Assembly (NCBI GenBank): GCA_018883805.1
Contig: JAHLFK010000007.1
Coordinates: 2,448-66,447, forward strand
DNA from: Candidatus Limosilactobacillus merdavium
GTDB taxonomy: Bacteria > Bacillota > Bacilli > Lactobacillales > Lactobacillaceae
DNA: 64,000 nucleotides
Direction of reading: 5' to 3'
In this document: positions 29,162 through 40,598 of the stretch, piece after piece
How positions within the stretch are numbered: position 1 is the first letter of the stretch
Layout: every line of letters begins with the position of its first letter
Made by a program: the position numbers and the translations under genes
Notes under the pieces: generated by a model
What the model was told of the DNA's origin: nothing
The model's input: only the letters and a program-made list of their open reading frames with translations
Database searches by the model: none

Positions 29162-31104
29162 CTATTTTCCTGATCAAACTTTTCTAGCTCTTCGGCAGCT
29201 GTGGTCCAGTCAAGTTCAACTTCTTCAGATTGAGCATTTAACTTATCAAGCTCTTTTTGTAAGTCAGAAAGCTTACCAATATCTGTTGCAATCTCAGGCT
29301 GACTCATTTTTTCTTGAATTGCTTGTTCTTGTTCTTCAAGTTCTGTCATTTGACTTTCAAGCTTGTCAACTTGTCGCTGAAGTTTTCGCCGCGCCCGCTG
29401 TGTTTCCTTGCTTTGCTGATAGGATTGCTGAGCATCAGATCGTTTTGCGCTTGGCTTAGAAGTAGCTTGAGTATCACTGCCTTCAGTAGTAGTGACCTTG
29501 TTAACTGCTGCTAGGTAATCATCGTAGTTTCCTTCATAATGCTTGATCCCATCTGCATGCATATCTAGGACATCAGTAGCTACTTGATTGATAAAGTACC
29601 GGTCGTGAGAAATGAAAAGAACGGTTCCGTTAAATTCATTAATCGCGTTTTCCAAAACTTCCCGGCTATCAATATCTAAGTGGTTAGTTGGTTCATCAAG
29701 AACTAGGAAATTAATTGGCTTGAATGAAAGTTTAGTTAGTTCTAGCCGAGCCTTTTCACCACCGGAAAGATCGTGGACTAATTTATAAACATCGTCGCCA
29801 ACGAAAAGAAAGCTACCAAGAAGTGACCGAATATCTTTTTCGGGTACATTTGGATGATCGTCCCACACTTCATTTAAAACAGATTTATCAGGATGAAGCT
29901 GTTGCTGTTCCTGATCGTAGTAACCAATTTGGAGGTTAGCTCCGAGCTTGATTGAACCGCTAATTAAGGGGATGCGGTTTAAAATCGACTTCAGAAGTGT
30001 TGATTTACCAATCCCGTTTGGCCCAATGATTCCTACCCGTTGTGGTTTCCGCACGGTAAAGGAAAGGGGACCTGCAAGTCGCTGATCATCATAACCAACA
30101 ACTGCCTGATCGACATCGAGGACTTCGTTACCGCTATCTTTATCGCTGTGAAAATGGAAATGAATTGACTTATCATCAGTTTCTGGTCGTTCCATCCGAT
30201 CCATTTTTTCCAACTGCTTTCGTCTAGCCTGTGCTCGCTTAGTGGTGGATGCACGGACAATGTTACGATTGACAAAGTCTTCTAGTTTTGCAATTTTCTT
30301 TTGTTGTTGATCGTAATGTTTCCATTCCGCAGTTAACCACTTTTGTTTATGCTTCATAAACTGAGTGTAATTACCTGTGTAGTGACGAAGGGTATGGTTG
30401 TCGAGATCATAAATATCAGATACAACCCGATCAAGGAAGTACCGGTCGTGTGAAACAACTAATAGTGCTCCTTTGTATCCCTTTAGATAATCTTCGAGCC
30501 AGGATAAAACGTTCATATCCAAGTGGTTCGTCGGTTCATCAAGGATTAGTAAGTTCGGTTCTTGCAATAAGATTTTAGCTAATGCTAACTTAGTCTTTTG
30601 ACCACCAGATAAAGAGTTAATTGAAGTTTGGTAGTCTTCTTCGCCAAAACCGAATCCCTTGAGAATTCCTCGCATTCGAGATTCATATTCAAATCCGCCA
30701 CGCTTTTTAAATTCCGCTTGAAGTTTTGAATACTTCTCAGTGGTAATTTGAAAATCCTTACTTGCTGGATCGAGAGAAGCTAATTGTTCTTCAAGTTGAT
30801 GGATTTCCTTTTCCATTTTATGGAGTGGAGCAAATACTAAATCTAGTTCTGCCCAGATGCTATTTTGACTATCTAATCCCTGATCCTGGGCTAAGTAGCC
30901 GATTGTTAAATCTTTTGTTTTAGAAATCGTCCCTTCGTCTGGACTAGTAATTCCGGCAATCATTTTCAACAGGGTAGTCTTACCAGCACCATTCCGTCCT
31001 ACTAGTGCTGTCCGTCCATGCTCTTGGATTTGCAGATCAACGTCGTGAAAGAGAACATCAGCCCCAAAGCGACGCATTACATTATTGGCTTGCAAAAGAA
31101 TCAT
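29158..31104 (-). CDS. ABC-F family ribosome-associated ATPase (YdiF-like)
   Basis: Two NBDs (GRNGAGKT/LSGGQ; GPNGIGKS/LSGGE), DEPTNHLD twice, no TM segments, C-terminal coiled coil; divergent from rex. Confidence 0.93.
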   Translation of the reverse strand: MILLQANNVMRRFGADVLFHDVDLQIQEHGRTALVGRNGAGKTTLLKMIAGITSPDEGTISKTKDLTIGYLAQDQGLDSQNSIWAELDLVFAPLHKMEKEIHQLEEQLASLDPASKDFQITTEKYSKLQAEFKKRGGFEYESRMRGILKGFGFGEEDYQTSINSLSGGQKTKLALAKILLQEPNLLILDEPTNHLDMNVLSWLEDYLKGYKGALLVVSHDRYFLDRVVSDIYDLDNHTLRHYTGNYTQFMKHKQKWLTAEWKHYDQQQKKIAKLEDFVNRNIVRASTTKRAQARRKQLEKMDRMERPETDDKSIHFHFHSDKDSGNEVLDVDQAVVGYDDQRLAGPLSFTVRKPQRVGIIGPNGIGKSTLLKSILNRIPLISGSIKLGANLQIGYYDQEQQQLHPDKSVLNEVWDDHPNVPEKDIRSLLGSFLFVGDDVYKLVHDLSGGEKARLELTKLSFKPINFLVLDEPTNHLDIDSREVLENAINEFNGTVLFISHDRYFINQVATDVLDMHADGIKHYEGNYDDYLAAVNKVTTTEGSDTQATSKPSAKRSDAQQSYQQSKETQRARRKLQRQVDKLESQMTELEEQEQAIQEKMSQPEIATDIGKLSDLQKELDKLNAQSEEVELDWTTAAEELEKFDQENS

Positions 31105-31230
31105 TTTGTTTACCTCGTTCTTAAAAGATGTACCTTTCTATTATACGCTGGTCAATCCCAATTTCACAAAGTTATGAAGGTAAAAATTACGTTCAATGTC
31201 GCTCAAATAATAATTTTTTTGAAAAGAATC

Positions 31231-31248
31231 TTGTTTGAGTGTTCACAA
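31231..31248. promoter_or_regulatory. Rex-like operator upstream of rex
   Basis: TTGTTTG-agtg-TTCACAA; further TTCACAA half-sites near 31163 and 31287. Confidence 0.45.
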
Positions 31249-31371
31249 TTAGACGGTTTGTTGCTAGAATAATAAGAGAATTAAATTTCACAAGCTAGCA
31301 AATATGAGCAAAGAATATAAGCTCACTAATGTTAAATTAAAGATAAAGAAACACAGGGGGAATATGACATT

Positions 31372-32022
31372 ATGGCTACCAGAAAAATTCCTAGGGCTAC
31401 GGCAAAGCGATTACCGATCTATTACCGTTACCTTAGTGTGTTGTTAAGTGCAAATAAGCGACGAGTTTCATCAACAGAACTTTCAGAAGCAGTTCAAGTT
31501 GATTCAGCAACCATCCGGCGTGACTTTTCCTACTTTGGTGAACTTGGTAAGCGGGGTTACGGTTACGATGTTGAAAGCTTGTTGAACTTCTTTAAGGGGA
31601 TCTTAAACCAAGATACTTTAACCAACGTTGCTTTAGTTGGTGTTGGCGCCTTAGGGAGTGCATTGTTAAACTACAATTTCCACCAAGACACTAACTTGCG
31701 GATTAGCGCTGCGTTTGATACTAAGCCAGAATTAGCTAATACTGTAAAAAGCGGGATCCCAATTTATCCTGCAAGTGAAATGCAAAAGCAAATTAAGGAA
31801 CAACAAATCGACGCAGTTATCTTAACAGTGCCAAGTTCAACTTCACAAAAAGTGGCAGATCAACTTGTTAGTGTTGGGGTAAAGGGGATCTTGAACTTTA
31901 CGCCAGTTCGCCTTTCTGTACCAAAGAATGTTCAAGTTCAAAACATTGACCTTACTAATGAACTGCAGACCTTAATCTACTTTATTAAGAACTACGCAGA
32001 GAATAAGCCAAAAGAAAATTAA
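31372..32022 (+). CDS. rex: Redox-sensing repressor Rex
   Basis: [33 protein letters not shown], Rossmann GVGALG. Confidence 0.98.
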   Translation: MATRKIPRATAKRLPIYYRYLSVLLSANKRRVSSTELSEAVQVDSATIRRDFSYFGELGKRGYGYDVESLLNFFKGILNQDTLTNVALVGVGALGSALLNYNFHQDTNLRISAAFDTKPELANTVKSGIPIYPASEMQKQIKEQQIDAVILTVPSSTSQKVADQLVSVGVKGILNFTPVRLSVPKNVQVQNIDLTNELQTLIYFIKNYAENKPKEN

Positions 32023-32026
32023 GAAT

Positions 32027-32070
32027 AAGGGCTGAGGAAGCTACAAAGCATTTCCCTCAGCCCTTGTTTT
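32027..32070 (+). terminator. rex terminator
   Basis: AAGGGCTGAGG/CCTCAGCCCTT followed by GTTTT. Confidence 0.8.
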
Positions 32071-32099
32071 ATGGTCATTAATTAAGTCCCCATTCTTTT

Positions 32100-32116
32100 A
32101 GTCAAAATTAGTCAAA
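32100..32116 (+). promoter_or_regulatory. CtsR box upstream of groES
   Basis: AGTCAAA-att-AGTCAAA heptad direct repeat just upstream of -35 TTGCAT (32125) and extended -10 TGtTATAGT (32144-32152). Confidence 0.8.
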
Positions 32117-32163
32117 CTTTATTGTTGCATTTAGTTCGAAAAATGTTATAGTAGAAAATGTAA

Positions 32164-32190
32164 TTAGCACTTGAGAAGTGAGAGTGCTAA
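32164..32190 (+). promoter_or_regulatory. CIRCE (HrcA operator)
   Basis: TTAGCACTT-N9-GAGTGCTAA, one mismatch to consensus. Confidence 0.95.
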
Positions 32191-32236
32191 AAATTAATAA
32201 CTTAACTATGAATTTTATCAAGATGGAGGGATTAAC

Positions 32237-32521
32237 GTGTTAAAACCATTAGGAGATCGCGTTGTTCTTAAAGCTGAAACTGAAGAAGAAAAGACAGTTG
32301 GTGGAATTGTCCTTGCTTCTAACGTAAAGGAAAAGCCAACCACAGGTAAGGTTATTGCTGTTGGTGCTGGACGGACTTTGGACAATGGTGAAAAGATTGC
32401 GCCAGCTGTTAAGGAAGGCGATCGGGTCCTCTTTGATAAGTATGCCGGAAATGAAGTTGAATACAACGGTGAAAAGTACCTCGTTGTTCATGAAAAGGAT
32501 CTTGTAGCTGTAATCGACTAG
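32237..32521 (+). CDS. groES: Co-chaperonin GroES
   Basis: [20 protein letters not shown]; GTG start. Confidence 0.98.
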   Translation: MLKPLGDRVVLKAETEEEKTVGGIVLASNVKEKPTTGKVIAVGAGRTLDNGEKIAPAVKEGDRVLFDKYAGNEVEYNGEKYLVVHEKDLVAVID

Positions 32522-32570
32522 TTACAACGATTAATCAATGACATCTAAGATTATATTTTGAGGTGAATAA

Positions 32571-34205
<1,635 letters not shown>

Positions 34206-34228
34206 TTCATTCTTAACTAAATAAATAA

Positions 34229-34267
34229 AAAACAGGTATTTTGCTGAATTGCAAAATACCGTTTTTT
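34229..34267. terminator. Bidirectional terminator between groEL and the glycosyltransferase pseudogene
   Basis: AAAAC(a)GGTATTTTGC/GCAAAATACCGTTTT. Confidence 0.8.
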
Positions 34268-34269
34268 AT

Positions 34270-35760
34270 TTATTTAGAATCCTCTTTCCTTAAAAAGTTT
34301 TGCCATTGTTCCGAAATTTCTTCTAAGGAAAACTTTGTAACTGCTTTTTGAGCATTTTGCGCATATTTAGCTTCTAGTTCTGGAGTGGTGATTAGATTGC
34401 GAAGGCTTTGATAAAGTGCTTGTTGATCGTTTGCTTTGAGTAACTCACCACTAATATGATTGTCCACAATCTCGGCGGGCCCATAGTTGATATCGTAACT
34501 AATTACTGGACAGCCGTGCCCCTGTGCTTCTAAGAGTGCCATTGCAAAACCTTCGTATTGACTAGTCAAGATTTCGGCATAAGCAGTTTCATAGATCGAT
34601 GAGAGATCATGTTGGTAACCGCAAAAATGAATATATTCATCTGCATGGTTCTTCTTCACTAAATCTTTTAGGTAGTTGGTAGTTTTATATTTATTCCATC
34701 CGTCACCGTAACCATAGATATCGAGGTCAACTTGAGGAAAATCTTTGTGAAGGGCAATTACCGCATTAATTACATGATCAAGTTGCTTTACTTTTGAAAG
34801 GCGGGCAACTGCGATAAAATGACCATATTTTCGTTTGCTGATAGGAGTAGCCTTTGCTAGTTGCTCTTGTGACAAATAAGTAACGGGAATGCCATAACTA
34901 GAATTAGTTTGGAAACGGCGACTAGCATCCTGAGCTTCTTGCTTAGTTGATGAAATAAGTCCGGTTAACTACATCTTAGTAATTAGTTTGTAAACTTCAG
35001 AAAGTTGGCTATCAGTTTGTCCGTCTAAAGTAAAAGCAGAATGGAAAAATTGATAGCGGCGGGCAGGTTCTTTCATTAATTGAAAGGCTTTTAGGGTAAT
35101 GTCAGAGCGATCGCTGATTAGGATTGCTTTTGGATCTGATGCAACTAATTGATCCAGAAAATATGCTCTTAGTTCAGCCTCGGATTCAAACTGCAATTCA
35201 CGGTTCTGATCGGTTAATTGAATTAAGGTAAGAACCGGAACGTTACCTTCGCCACCACGATAATGGAAGGAAAGTTTAACTTTTCCATCATGATCATAAT
35301 ATTGCCGGGTTACAATGCGACCACGATCTTCAAAGTATTCACTATAGCTTCGACAGCCACAATCATAATAATCGCGACGATTAAGGAAGCCATACCGATC
35401 GTAGTAATCAACATAATAAAGACGATCACGGAAAGTGCCAATTTGAACACGAATTTTACCATCTTTTTTCGCTTGGTTGCCACTAATTTGACAACCTGGA
35501 ACATTAAGAACCTGGTCAATGATTAGTTGATCGTAAGACGGATCAGAATGATATGGTAACCGTTGGTAGTATTGGAAAAGGTTAAGGACACGTCCTTGAA
35601 TTCCTAGTTTTTCATCTGCCGCTTGGTGATCAAAATTATAAAGCATTGAGATGATCGTGGCTGGTTGATGGAGGTAGTCAAAAACTCGTAATCGCTTGAC
35701 TTCAGCTAATTCGATTGCGGATGTTTGAACATCTTCTGTACTGGTAATGAAATAATTCAT
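34270..35760 (-). pseudogene. GT4 glycosyltransferase (TagE/GtfA-like) interrupted by a single in-frame TAG
   Basis: The two ORF-track pieces are in the same frame, joined by ..TKM-TAG(34969-34971)-LTGLISSTKQEAQD..; C-terminal VARLSKVK, SQYEGFAMALLEA, YDINYGP. Confidence 0.85.
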
Positions 35761-35918
35761 GGCGACTCCTTTCTTACCCCTCAATTGTAACAAAGTTGGA
35801 AGTGCAAATGACGGACATTCGGAGTTACAAATCCATAAATTTAAAGTTTTTTGTGATCAAGTGTTAAAGTTAGTGTTAAGATATATTATCTACTTATAAA
35901 AGATTTGAGGGAGAGAAA

Positions 35919-37514
35919 ATGGATAAGTTAAAGCAACATAAGATCACCCTATTTTCCGGGGTGATGCTAGCGCTAAACTCGCTAATCGGTTCTGGTTGGC
36001 TATTTGGTGCCGGCACAGCTGCTAAAGTTGCTGGACCAGCAGCAATCATCTCATGGATTATTGGTGCAGTAATTATTATCAGCATTGCCTTAACCTACGT
36101 TGAATTAGGAGCAATGTTTCCGGAAAGTGGTGGGATGAGCCGTTATGCTCAATATAGTCACGGACCGTTACTTGGCTTCATTGCAGCATGGGCTAATTGG
36201 ATTTCTTTGATAACCCTTGTTCCGATGGAAGCAGTTGCCTCAGTTCAATACATGAGTTCTTGGCCATGGTCATGGGCTAATTGGACACACCATTTTGTTC
36301 GAGGAGGTAACATCACCTCGTCTGGAATGTTGGTAGTCCTCCTTTTTATGGTGATTTTTACCCTGATCAATTTTTGGTCAGTTAAATTGATGACGCGTTT
36401 TACCAATTTAATTTCAGTTTTCAAAATTTTATTGCCAACGTTAACTATCGTTATGTTAATGGCTAGTGGTTTTCATGCTGGTAATTTTGGTCATAGTGTC
36501 CAAACATTCATGCCATATGGTAGTCGCTCAATCTTTGAAGCGGCTGCAGTATCAGGAATTATCATGTCCTATGATGCCTTTCAAACAATTATTAATATGG
36601 GTGGAGAAATGATTAATCCGCACAAGAATATTGTACGAGGGGTACTAATTTCAATGCTCATCACGGCAGCAATCTACGTTATGCTTCAAGTAGCCTTTAT
36701 TGGTGCTGTTAGCCCATCAATGTTAGCGAAAAGCGGGTGGCACGGGATTAATTTTGCTTCGCCATTTGCGGATATTGCAATTTTACTAAGCCTTAATTGG
36801 TTAGCAATTCTTCTATATATGGATGCATTTGTTTCACCTTTTGGGACTGGGGTTGCCTTTGTTGCTACAGCCTCTCGTGCTCTAGCTGCGATGACACATA
36901 CTGGTCACTTGCCAAAATGGTTAGGGCGACTAGAAAGACGTTACATGATTCCACGGTTTGCAATGGTTGCGGATTTGATTTTAGCGGCGATCTTAGTTAA
37001 TGTTTTCCGTAATTGGAATCTGTTAGCAACTGTCATTACAGGTTCAACATTAATTGCTTACTTAACAGGACCGGTTACTGTGATCTCATTACGGAAAATG
37101 GCACCGGATTTAAATCGACCATTTGCGCCAAATTATATGAAATGGTTAGCGCCATTTGCTTTTGTTGTTACCGGGTTAGCTATTTACTGGACGATGTGGC
37201 CAACGACAATTCAGGTGATCATTGTAATTGCGCTTGGTTTACCAATCTATCTTTACTATGAATGGCGGTACCAAAAGACCAATTGGGTTAAGCAATTAAA
37301 GAGCTCAATGTGGTTGATTTGTTACATGATCTTCATTTCAATCATTTCTTATGTTGGAAGTGAAGGCTTTGGAGGTCAAAACTGGATTCCATACCCAGTT
37401 GACTTCATTGTGATTATTATTGTTTCGCTACTCTTCTATATTTGGGCTGTCCACAGTCGAATGGATGAAGTGGACCCTGTGGCGAAGAAAGTAAACGATC
37501 GCTTAGAAAAATAG
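35919..37514 (+). CDS. APC-family amino acid permease (YveA-like)
   Basis: LIGSGWLF, ELGAMFPESGG, many TM helices; substrate not determinable. Confidence 0.88.
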   Translation: MDKLKQHKITLFSGVMLALNSLIGSGWLFGAGTAAKVAGPAAIISWIIGAVIIISIALTYVELGAMFPESGGMSRYAQYSHGPLLGFIAAWANWISLITLVPMEAVASVQYMSSWPWSWANWTHHFVRGGNITSSGMLVVLLFMVIFTLINFWSVKLMTRFTNLISVFKILLPTLTIVMLMASGFHAGNFGHSVQTFMPYGSRSIFEAAAVSGIIMSYDAFQTIINMGGEMINPHKNIVRGVLISMLITAAIYVMLQVAFIGAVSPSMLAKSGWHGINFASPFADIAILLSLNWLAILLYMDAFVSPFGTGVAFVATASRALAAMTHTGHLPKWLGRLERRYMIPRFAMVADLILAAILVNVFRNWNLLATVITGSTLIAYLTGPVTVISLRKMAPDLNRPFAPNYMKWLAPFAFVVTGLAIYWTMWPTTIQVIIVIALGLPIYLYYEWRYQKTNWVKQLKSSMWLICYMIFISIISYVGSEGFGGQNWIPYPVDFIVIIIVSLLFYIWAVHSRMDEVDPVAKKVNDRLEK

Positions 37515-37540
37515 ACGTAAAGCGACATTTGCGTCTTTTT
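37514..37540 (+). terminator. Terminator after APC permease
   Basis: GACGTAAA/TTTGCGTC plus T-tract. Confidence 0.65.
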
Positions 37541-37545
37541 GACGA

Positions 37546-37574
37546 TTGCAAAGTCACTAAATTAATTGTATTAT
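37546..37574 (+). promoter_or_regulatory. kimA promoter
   Basis: TTGCAA-17bp-TATTAT. Confidence 0.65.
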
Positions 37575-37632
37575 TGTTCAGTTATCCGAAAGTGATTAAA
37601 ACGATTACATTCCATAATTTCGGGAGGATAGT

Positions 37633-39471
37633 ATGTGGCGTTATATTAAACGAGTTTTAATTGGGAAACCTTTAAAGACTTTAGATGAAGGCCAAACTCA
37701 CTTAACTAAATTTAAGGCACTGGCAATGTTGTCATCAGATGCTATTTCGTCAGTTGCCTATGGTCCAGAGCAGATTACCACTGTTCTGGTAACCTTATCT
37801 GCAATGGCAATGTGGTATTCAATCCCAATTGCGGCGATTGTTTTACTCTTGCTATTAGCAATTACGCTTTCTTATCAACAAATTATCCACGCATACCCAA
37901 GTGGTGGTGGGGCATATGTAGTTGCTACCAAGAACTGGGGAAGTAACGGTGGACTATTTGCTGGTGGATCCTTACTAGTTGATTATATGTTAACCGTTGC
38001 TGTTTCAACGACTTCTGGAGTTGAAGCGATTACTTCTGCAATTCCAGCGCTTTATCGTTTTTCAGTGCCGATTGCGATTATTATTGTTCTTCTTATTATG
38101 TTCATGAACTTGCGGGGGATGAGCGAGAGTGCCAATTTCCTAACCATTCCGGTTTATTTCTTCGTGATTATGATTTCCATAATGATTATTTGGGGTGCTT
38201 ATAGCATTATTACTGGTCAGGTTCACTATCAGGCACCAGCCGATTACGGAACCCCAGTTACTGGGATGACTTTTGTACTATTTGTCCGTGCTTTCTCAGC
38301 TGGTTCATCTTCACTGACTGGTGTGGAAGCCGTAAGTAATGCTGTTCCAAACTTTAACAAGCCAAAAGAAAAGAATGCTTCAATTACTTTGGCAATTATG
38401 AGTGCTATTTTGGCTGCTTTCTTCATTGCCATTATCTTCTATGGCTTCTATTTTGGAATCGTACCAAACAAGCGGACCACTGTTCTTTCACAGATTGGTT
38501 TAGCTATCTTTGGCGGTCATGGCCTTGGATTCTATCTTTTACAGCTATCAACTGCAATGATTCTTGCGGTTGCTGCTAATACAGGGTTCTCCGCCTTTCC
38601 AATCTTGGCCTTTAATATGGCTAAGGATAAGTACATGCCACATGCCTTTATGGACCGTGGTGACCGCTTAGGCTATTCTAATGGGATTATTTCATTAGCT
38701 GTTGGGGCAATCATCTTGATTTTGATCTTCCACGGTCAAACTAACATGTTAATTCCGTTATATGCTGTTGGGGTTTTCGTTCCATTTACCTTATCACAAT
38801 CAGGGATGATTATTCACTGGTTCCGTGAACGTCAAGGATTATGGCCATTTAAGGCATTCATCAACCTTGTCGGGGCTTTGATTTCTCTTGCCTTGGTTCT
38901 TGCACTTTTCTGGCAACATTTTGGTAATGTTTGGCCATACTTAATCATCATGCCATTACTTTTATGCATGTTCCACGCCATTCATCGTCACTATGTCAAA
39001 GTTGCTAAGCAATTACGGGTGGCTGAAAAAACAAAGGTTCAGTTACATGATTACGATGGTGCAACAGTAATTGTTCTAGTTGGGAATGTTACCCGAGTAA
39101 CTCGTGGAGCAATTAATTACGCACGTTCAATCGGTGATTATGTAATTGCAATGCATGTTTCCTTTGATGAAAATCCAGGAAAGGAACATAAGACTGCTAA
39201 TGAATTTAAGGCTGAGTTCCCGGATGTTCGATTTGTTGATATTCACTCATCTTATCGGTCAATTGCTAAACCAACATTACGGTTTGTTGATGTAATTGCC
39301 AAACGGGCAGCTGCACGGAACTATTCAACAACTGTGTTAGTTCCACAATTCATTCCAAAACACCCATGGCAACTGGCTTTGCATAACCAAACCAGTGTCC
39401 GGTTGCGGACTGTCCTTAACTCACGGCAAAACATTGTCGTTGCAAGTTATAATTACCACTTGCATGAATAG
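37633..39471 (+). CDS. kimA: KimA/YdaO-like K+/H+ symporter (APC/KUP fold)
   Basis: IKRVLIGKPLK..KALAMLSSDAISSVAYG, AYPSGGGAY, LTGVEA, C-terminal SSYRS..LHNQT cytoplasmic domain. Confidence 0.82.
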   Translation: MWRYIKRVLIGKPLKTLDEGQTHLTKFKALAMLSSDAISSVAYGPEQITTVLVTLSAMAMWYSIPIAAIVLLLLLAITLSYQQIIHAYPSGGGAYVVATKNWGSNGGLFAGGSLLVDYMLTVAVSTTSGVEAITSAIPALYRFSVPIAIIIVLLIMFMNLRGMSESANFLTIPVYFFVIMISIMIIWGAYSIITGQVHYQAPADYGTPVTGMTFVLFVRAFSAGSSSLTGVEAVSNAVPNFNKPKEKNASITLAIMSAILAAFFIAIIFYGFYFGIVPNKRTTVLSQIGLAIFGGHGLGFYLLQLSTAMILAVAANTGFSAFPILAFNMAKDKYMPHAFMDRGDRLGYSNGIISLAVGAIILILIFHGQTNMLIPLYAVGVFVPFTLSQSGMIIHWFRERQGLWPFKAFINLVGALISLALVLALFWQHFGNVWPYLIIMPLLLCMFHAIHRHYVKVAKQLRVAEKTKVQLHDYDGATVIVLVGNVTRVTRGAINYARSIGDYVIAMHVSFDENPGKEHKTANEFKAEFPDVRFVDIHSSYRSIAKPTLRFVDVIAKRAAARNYSTTVLVPQFIPKHPWQLALHNQTSVRLRTVLNSRQNIVVASYNYHLHE

Positions 39472-39497
39472 TTAAAACTTTAGCGATTTTAAATTCT

Positions 39498-39544
39498 AAA
39501 ATAATCCAGGCAATGATTGTTTACAGTCAAGCCTGGATTATTTT
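39498..39544. terminator. Long hairpin terminator after kimA
   Basis: AAAATAATCCAGGC..TGATTGT-tt-ACAGTCA..GCCTGGATTATTTT. Confidence 0.8.
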
Positions 39545-39636
39545 GTTAGAAACGTGTATGATGATTACATTTCGAGCATACGACTGGGATTAATTTCCCG
39601 GGAAATATTTAGATAATAAAAATTTAGAGGGTTAAT

Positions 39637-39897
39637 GTGAATAGGAAAAATATTACATTTGGCTTGTTATTTGCGGTGGGACTCTTTTTGATGAGTAGTT
39701 TCACTTTGGATCGGCATGGCTTTCATTCAGATTTAATTGGAATTTTGGGAACTATTTTCCTAATTACAGCTTATCTTGGGTTTAATTGGGCCAAACTAAA
39801 AAGTGGTGATCACAAAACTAAAGTGGTCACCACATGGGTTATAAGCTTATTGATACTAATGATTATTTTGAATATTGTACAAGCAGTACTAGGCTAA
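39637..39897 (+). CDS. Small hypothetical membrane protein (3 TM)
   Basis: GAGGG RBS, GTG start, three hydrophobic segments; stop overlaps the yigZ stop. Confidence 0.7.
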   Translation: MNRKNITFGLLFAVGLFLMSSFTLDRHGFHSDLIGILGTIFLITAYLGFNWAKLKSGDHKTKVVTTWVISLLILMIILNIVQAVLG

Positions 39898-40535
39898 TCT
39901 GCTTGATAAGGGATTTCGTGGATTCGCGAAGTCCCTTTTTTAATTGTCAATTGATCGTTAAAACGGTTGATTAGTTTCTTGGTAAAATTGTCAACTTGGT
40001 CTTCGTCAACATAAATATTAGTTTGTACTGAAGCACTAAATTGCTCGTCTGCGACTTCAATTTTTTGTTCCTTTAGATAATGTAGGAGGGAATCGTGCTG
40101 TGAATAAGAAACCGTAATTTCCAAAATTGCTTGCTGAACCAACTGAACAAGGCCAGCTTTATGGATGGCGTTAGTGGCAGAATTACTGTAAGCACGGATT
40201 AATCCACCAGCTCCTAGTTTAATGCCACCAAAGTATCGGGTGACAACAGCGACGACATTATGAATTTTCGCCATTTGTAGTGATTCGAGAATTGGTACTC
40301 CAGCAGTTCCACTAGGCTCTCCGTTATCACTTTCTCTTTGGATTTGGTCTTGATCACCAATCATATACGCATAGCAATTATGGGTTGCCTTCTTATTATC
40401 GCTACATACTTGATCAATAAAAGCTTGAGCATCCTCTTCTGAAGAGACACGGCCAATTGAACAAATAAAGCGTGACTTTTTGATTACCATTTCATTTTTA
40501 GTATTCTGCGCAATAGTGAGAAAAGACGTAGTCAT
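39894..40535 (-). CDS. yigZ: YigZ/IMPACT family protein
   Basis: IKKSRFI, ATHNCYAY, DNGEPSGTAG, VTRYFGGIKLGAGGLIRAY. Confidence 0.95.
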   Translation of the reverse strand: MTTSFLTIAQNTKNEMVIKKSRFICSIGRVSSEEDAQAFIDQVCSDNKKATHNCYAYMIGDQDQIQRESDNGEPSGTAGVPILESLQMAKIHNVVAVVTRYFGGIKLGAGGLIRAYSNSATNAIHKAGLVQLVQQAILEITVSYSQHDSLLHYLKEQKIEVADEQFSASVQTNIYVDEDQVDNFTKKLINRFNDQLTIKKGTSRIHEIPYQAD

Positions 40536-40598
40536 TTTATAAACTCCTTTAATACGAGATTGAACGTTTTCCGTATTTACCTATATGGAGGGGTAATT

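Noticed and set aside
31018-31272. 84-aa ORF in the ABC-F/rex spacer
   Set aside because: Overlaps the ABC-F start antisense and spans promoter DNA; no RBS or recognisable motif
35862-35879. WalR-like TGTTAA direct repeat before the APC permease
   Set aside because: 12-bp period rather than the 11-bp consensus; AT-rich context
37515-37632. ydaO/c-di-AMP riboswitch upstream of kimA
   Set aside because: Spacer is too short and lacks recognisable motif sequence
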